From contig CAVWRX010000003.1 of the NCBI GenBank assembly GCA_963757595.1, positions 373,506 through 437,505 of the forward strand: a stretch of 64,000 bases of DNA, in the 5' to 3' direction. The notes under the pieces were generated by a model. That model searched no databases, was not told where the DNA came from, and was given only the letters and a program-made list of their open reading frames with translations. Positions 59,900 through 64,000 of the stretch are shown here, piece by piece; the stretch's first letter is position 1, and each line of letters opens with the position of its first letter. Source of the stretch: an uncultured Chloroflexia bacterium (lineage in GTDB: Bacteria; Chloroflexota; Limnocylindria; Limnocylindrales; CSP1-4). A program made the translations under genes and the position numbers.

Positions 59900-61536
59900 C
59901 TACATGGCCATCGCGGGCAGCTCGTCCGGCACGTAGCCGGCCAGGCCCATCTCGGGGATATCGAGCCCGGCAAGCTCATCCTCGGGACTGACCCGGAGCT
60001 TGATGAACCGATCGAGGACCTTGAAGAAGATCCACGACGCGCCGAATGCCCAGATGAATGCGACGGCTGCGCCGATGACCTGGGCAACGAACTGGCCGAC
60101 GCCGCCGTATAGCAGCCCGGTCACCTGCCAGCCACCGTAGTTGGCCGTGCCGTCGGCGAAGATCCCGAGGGCAAGTACGCCCCACAGGCCGTTGACACCG
60201 TGGACGGCGATCGCGCCGACCGGATCGTCGACCTTGAGCCGCTTGTCGATGAAGGCGACCGCGAGGCAGACGAGGACGCCGGCGACCAGGCCGATGAACG
60301 CGCCGGCCAGCGGTCCGACGAAACCGGATGGCGCCGTGATCGCGACGAGCCCGGCGAGCATGCCGTTGACCATCATGCCGGGGTTCGGCTTGCCCTCGGT
60401 CCACCACGTGTAGAGCATCGCCGAGACGGCGCCGAAGCCCGAGGCGAGCATCGTGACGACCGCGACGATGCCGATCCTGAGGGCACCGTTGCCGGCGGCC
60501 CCGAACGTGCTGCCGGGGTTGAACCCGAACCAGCCGAAGGCGAGGATGAACGTTCCGACCACCGCCAGGACCTGGTTGTGGCCGAGGATCGTGTTGCTCG
60601 AACCGTCCTTGTTGTACTTGCCGAGCCGGGGTCCGAGGACGATCGCGCCGGCGAGGGCGCACCAACCGCCGACGGAGTGGACGACCCCGGAACCGGCAAA
60701 GTCCGCGTAACCCGCACCGAGTCCAAGCGTCCCGAGCTGGCTCAGCCAGCCCCCGCCCCACGTCCAGGCCGCGTAGACGGGGTACAGGATCGCGGAGATG
60801 AAGAGGCCGTACACCACGAACGGCTTCCATCGGAAGCGCTCGGCCATCGAACCGGTGGGGATCGTGGCGGCCGTGTCCATGAAGACGAGCTGGAAGAGGA
60901 AGAAGGCAATGACGCCGACGTCGTAGGTGCCGCCGGACAAGGCGAACCCGGTAGTGCCGAGCAGGCCCCAGTCGGTGTCACCGACGTGGATGCTCAACAT
61001 GCTGTCGAGTGGCTTGAGGCCACCGAGGTTCCCGACCCCGACATTGCCGAGCCCGCCGAAGGCGATCCCGAACCCGACGAAGAAGAACCCGACGATGCCG
61101 ATCGCGTAGATCATGAAGTTCATGCTGATCGTGTGCATCGCGTTCTTGGCCCGGGTGAAGCCGGTCTCGACGAGGGCGAAGCCGGCCTGCATGAACATGA
61201 CGAGGAAGCCAGTAACCAGGAGCCAGGTGAAGTTGATCCCGAGGCAATTCTGGTCGACGAGATCGGCCAGCTTCGCGGCGTACGGCTCGGTCGCCTGGGC
61301 GGCCTCATAGTCACCCGATTGGAGGCTGCCCGGAGACAGACCATCGAGGTTCGCCCCGCTGCCCGTGGTCAAGCCGGATGGGTCGCCCGGTGACGGGCAC
61401 CGTTGGTGCCGCACAGCCGGCCAGGAGCCCCACGGCTCCGACCAGCCCCGCGATGAGGATCAGCCGGCGAAGCGTCGCTCCGAATCCGCGCCGTCGCCGG
61501 CTGGATCTGGACCGTCGGGATGACGGGCTCCTCGAG
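59900..61536 (-). CDS. amt: Ammonium transporter with an N-terminal lipoprotein-like signal peptide. Two frameshifts in the 5' region (~61390, ~61490)
   Basis: Amt core (FMQAGFALVETG ... DFAGSGVVH ... GWFGFNPGS) in the 504-aa ORF. Upstream, in another frame, lies RRRRGFGATLRRLILIAGLVGAVGLLAGCAAP (signal peptide plus lipobox). In a third frame, ATG at 61536 has GGAGGAAGG 6 nt upstream. Confidence 0.7.
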
Positions 61537-61600
61537 CATGGCGTGCATCGATCCTTCCTCCGCTAGATCAGTGATTGGCGTGGACGGGGACCCGACCGAC

Positions 61601-62074
61601 TCAGGTCGCCTCGCGTACCGGCCGAACCCGGCGTGCCCGGACGACCAGGGCCGACGCGAGCCGCGAAAGATCCGGTCTTCCCGGGAGGCTCGCCCGGTGC
61701 GAGATCCCGGATCGCGTCCCGCGCCGCGCGATCAGGAGCGCCCGGCTCGCGGCGACGGCGTCGGCGGTGTCGGGATCGGTGGCGCGGACGGCAGCGAGCA
61801 GGTGAACCTCCGCCGCCTCGAGGTCTCCGAGCCGCATCGCGAGCTCGCCGGCCTTCATGTTCGGCAGGAACCGGCCGGGCCCGAGCTCGAGCGCCCTGGA
61901 GCACGCCGCCCGCGCGGCGTCGACTTCGGCCAGCGCGAGGTGCGCGCCGCTGAGCAGCGCCCAGCCGTCTGCCCACGCCGGGTTGGTTCGGAGCTCGGCC
62001 TCCAGCAGATCACGGCCCGTGGTCCATTCCTCGTGGCCGAGCGCCCGGATGACCGCCTTCATGCTCGCGTTCAC
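61601..62074 (-). CDS. Tetratricopeptide repeat protein
   Basis: 157 aa of Ala/Leu-rich helical repeats (LALAEVDAARAACSRALELGP). Confidence 0.5.
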   Translation of the reverse strand: MNASMKAVIRALGHEEWTTGRDLLEAELRTNPAWADGWALLSGAHLALAEVDAARAACSRALELGPGRFLPNMKAGELAMRLGDLEAAEVHLLAAVRATDPDTADAVAASRALLIARRGTRSGISHRASLPGRPDLSRLASALVVRARRVRPVREAT

Positions 62075-63279
62075 TCGTCGCTCCCGGCGGCGGTGACGCG
62101 CACCGGAATGTGTGTCGGGACGGCGAACGCCGAAGCCGGCAGATGGAGCCCACGTCCCCAGAGGGCAATCCCGATCGGCGCGATCACCGTCGTGGCCACC
62201 GCCATGAGGACGACCGCCGCGTAGACGCCCGTGTCGATGGCTCCGCTGTTCAGGCCCAATGTCGCCGCGACCAGGGCGACCTCGCCGCGGCCGATCATCC
62301 CGATGCCGACGAGCGTGGAATCCGCCCGGTCAAGGCCGCCAATTCGGGCCCCCAGCCCGCTGCCGACGAGCTTGCCAAGGCAGGCGACCGCAACGAGAGC
62401 GAGGGCGAACGGGAGCACGGGCGGGATGGTCCGGAGGTCGGCGGCAAGGCCAATGGAGGCGAAGAAGACCGGCACGCAGAGGGCCTCGCCGGCGCGGATC
62501 AGGCCGTCCTTCAGGCGGTCCGCCAGGGGCGATTCCGCGAGGGCCAGGCCAGCGACATAGGCCCCGGTGATCCCGGCGAGGCCGCCAAGACGCTCGAAGG
62601 CCCAGGCCACCAGCAGCACGAATCCCACCATCGCCGCGAGCCCGCCACCGCGGACGTGGAGGTGATCCACGATCCGGTGCAGGTGTCCGGGGAGGTGTCG
62701 GAGGCCAAGTGCGGCCACGATGAGGGTGACGGCCATCGGCACGAACAGCCCGAGGAGCGAAGCCCCCGACGTCGTCTCGGCGACCACGAGCGCAAGGACG
62801 ACCAGGCCCAGCACGTCGTCGATGACCGCGGCGGCCAGGATCGTCATCCCGGCACGACCGGTCAACATGCCCATGGACTGGAGCGCGGCCGCGGTGATCC
62901 CGACGCTGGTCGCGGTCAGGATCGCACCGCAGAAGACACTCGCCCGCGCCCCCAGGCCGAACCCGAGGGCGAGGGCGGTGCCGGCGACCATCGGCAGGAC
63001 GACGCCGCCGACCGCGGCGAGGAAGGCCGCCCGTCCGACACGGCGCATCGCCGCGAGATTGGTCTCGAGGCCGGCGGTGGCGAGGATCGCCAAGGCACCG
63101 ACGCCGGCCAGGAGGCTCACCTCGGGACCGTCGCCCACGACGTTGAGCAGGCTGGGTCCGAGGACGAGGCCCGCCCCGATCTGGCCGACGACTCGTGGCA
63201 ATCGCAAGGCGTGAGCCAGGGCCGCGCCGATCTCGGCTGCGATGAGGAGCACCGCAAGAGGAAGCAGCAAGTTGGTCAA
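62071..63279 (-). CDS. Cation:proton antiporter (CPA1/CPA2 family membrane domain)
   Basis: ~11 TM helices (GQIGAGLVLGPSLL ... VIDDVLGLVVLAL). TTG start at 63279 with GAGGAGTGAGGA upstream. Confidence 0.75.
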   Translation of the reverse strand: MTNLLLPLAVLLIAAEIGAALAHALRLPRVVGQIGAGLVLGPSLLNVVGDGPEVSLLAGVGALAILATAGLETNLAAMRRVGRAAFLAAVGGVVLPMVAGTALALGFGLGARASVFCGAILTATSVGITAAALQSMGMLTGRAGMTILAAAVIDDVLGLVVLALVVAETTSGASLLGLFVPMAVTLIVAALGLRHLPGHLHRIVDHLHVRGGGLAAMVGFVLLVAWAFERLGGLAGITGAYVAGLALAESPLADRLKDGLIRAGEALCVPVFFASIGLAADLRTIPPVLPFALALVAVACLGKLVGSGLGARIGGLDRADSTLVGIGMIGRGEVALVAATLGLNSGAIDTGVYAAVVLMAVATTVIAPIGIALWGRGLHLPASAFAVPTHIPVRVTAAGSDE

Positions 63280-63507
63280 GCGATCCTCACTCCTCGGCTC
63301 GGGACGACAGGAGACGCCGTCAGGCTACCGGGAATGGATCACGGCGAAGGTCGCGAAATGGTTGCAATTCGCGCGAAGTTCAGCGTCATGCCTAACTTCG
63401 AGCCTTCAAACGCGGTATCCGAAGGGCGACAGCACCCGAGGATACCGTTCTAGTGCTGTCGCAGGACGTAACTGCTCATGGGAGTCGTGCGACCTGCCTA
63501 AGTCCTA
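63280..63507 (-). other. Low-GC intergenic island with nested inverted repeats. Candidate 5' leader or structured RNA of the antiporter gene
   Basis: GC drops sharply relative to the flanks. On the antiporter-sense strand I see GGTATCC-N19-GGATACC and GTCGCA-N24-TGCGAC stems. No convincing ORF. Confidence 0.3.
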
Positions 63508-64000
63508 TCAATGCAGCGAGACATGGATGTCATCGGCTCGCAATCGTGCGTAGCCCGGCTTGACGACCTCGTTGATCAGCGCGAGGCGCTCGTCGAACGG
63601 CGCGAACGCCGACTTCAGCGCATTGATGGTCAGCCATTCCATCTCGCCCAGCCCGATGCCGAAGGCGGCGTCGAGGGCGGCGAACTCCGAGCTCAGGGTC
63701 ACGTCGGACATGAGTCGGTTGTCGGTGTTCACGGTCACCCGGAACCGCAGCCGCCTCAGGAGGTCGATCGGATGGTCCGCGATCGAGGCCACCGCCCCGG
63801 TATGGACATTCGAGGTGGGACACAGCTCGAGCGGCACCCGCCGGTCGCGGACGAATGCGGCGAGGCGCCCGAGGTGCACCGAGCCGTCGTCGCGAACCTC
63901 GATGTCATCGACGATCCGGACGCCATGGCCGAGGCGCTCGGCGCCGGCGAACTGGAGTGCCTCCCAGATCGAGGGCAGGCCGAACGATTCCCCGGCATGG
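63508..64000 (-). CDS. add: Adenosine deaminase, C-terminal part (the start lies beyond the window)
   Basis: Manual translation across the edge gives ...[23 protein letters not shown] ... [12 protein letters not shown] ... [19 protein letters not shown]. Confidence 0.7.
   Translation of the reverse strand, partial: HAGESFGLPSIWEALQFAGAERLGHGVRIVDDIEVRDDGSVHLGRLAAFVRDRRVPLELCPTSNVHTGAVASIADHPIDLLRRLRFRVTVNTDNRLMSDVTLSSEFAALDAAFGIGLGEMEWLTINALKSAFAPFDERLALINEVVKPGYARLRADDIHVSLH

Noticed and set aside
63242-63553. 103-aa ORF (63242..63553 +) in the low-GC island
   Set aside because: Composition and sequence do not look protein-like, and it overlaps the antiporter start on the other strand. The region is better explained as a non-coding leader.
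1-64000. Search for tRNA, rRNA, CRISPR arrays, IS elements and integrases
   Set aside because: No T-loop-like GGTTCGAATCC motifs, no regularly spaced repeats, and no transposase- or integrase-like ORFs in any frame. The window looks like stable core chromosome.

Overview
High-GC (about 70%) actinobacterial-type chromosomal window carrying ~59 protein-coding genes on both strands, mostly core metabolism. I found no rRNA, tRNA, CRISPR array, transposase or integrase, and nothing that looks like a recent horizontal insertion.

Main gene groups:
- A divergent c-di-GMP gene pair at the left edge: a PAS-GGDEF cyclase and a PAS/GAF-EAL sensor.
- mgtC and the pxpABC 5-oxoprolinase cluster.
- A DUF3090 / SCO1664-family pair.
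- A NEW3-domain surface protein with an ABC-2 transporter.
- A 1208-aa TM0106-family RecB-like nuclease fused to an SF1 helicase.
- An arginine/ornithine-related peptidase, amidinohydrolase and class-V aminotransferase group.
- aceE (pyruvate dehydrogenase E1).
- A minus-strand operon mtnP – LLM oxidoreductase – zinc-ribbon membrane protein – IMPase.
- An F420 island: PPOX, three LLM oxidoreductases, cofD-cofC-cofE.
- A GGDEF protein fused to prenyltransferase-like α/α repeats.
- trxB.
- An arginine cluster argC-argJ-argB-argR-argG that lacks argD, argF and argH.
- amt and a CPA-family antiporter.

A recurring feature is single-base frameshifts at short G/C runs inside otherwise well-conserved genes: the EAL sensor (two), dmpA, the ABC exporter, argC (three) and amt (two). 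This most likely reflects uncorrected indel errors, but it could also be pseudogenisation.

The most novel candidates are:
- the prenyltransferase-repeat–GGDEF fusion;
- the zinc-ribbon membrane protein translationally coupled to the IMPase;
- the standalone CofE within the F420 island;
- the low-GC structured region upstream of the cation antiporter.
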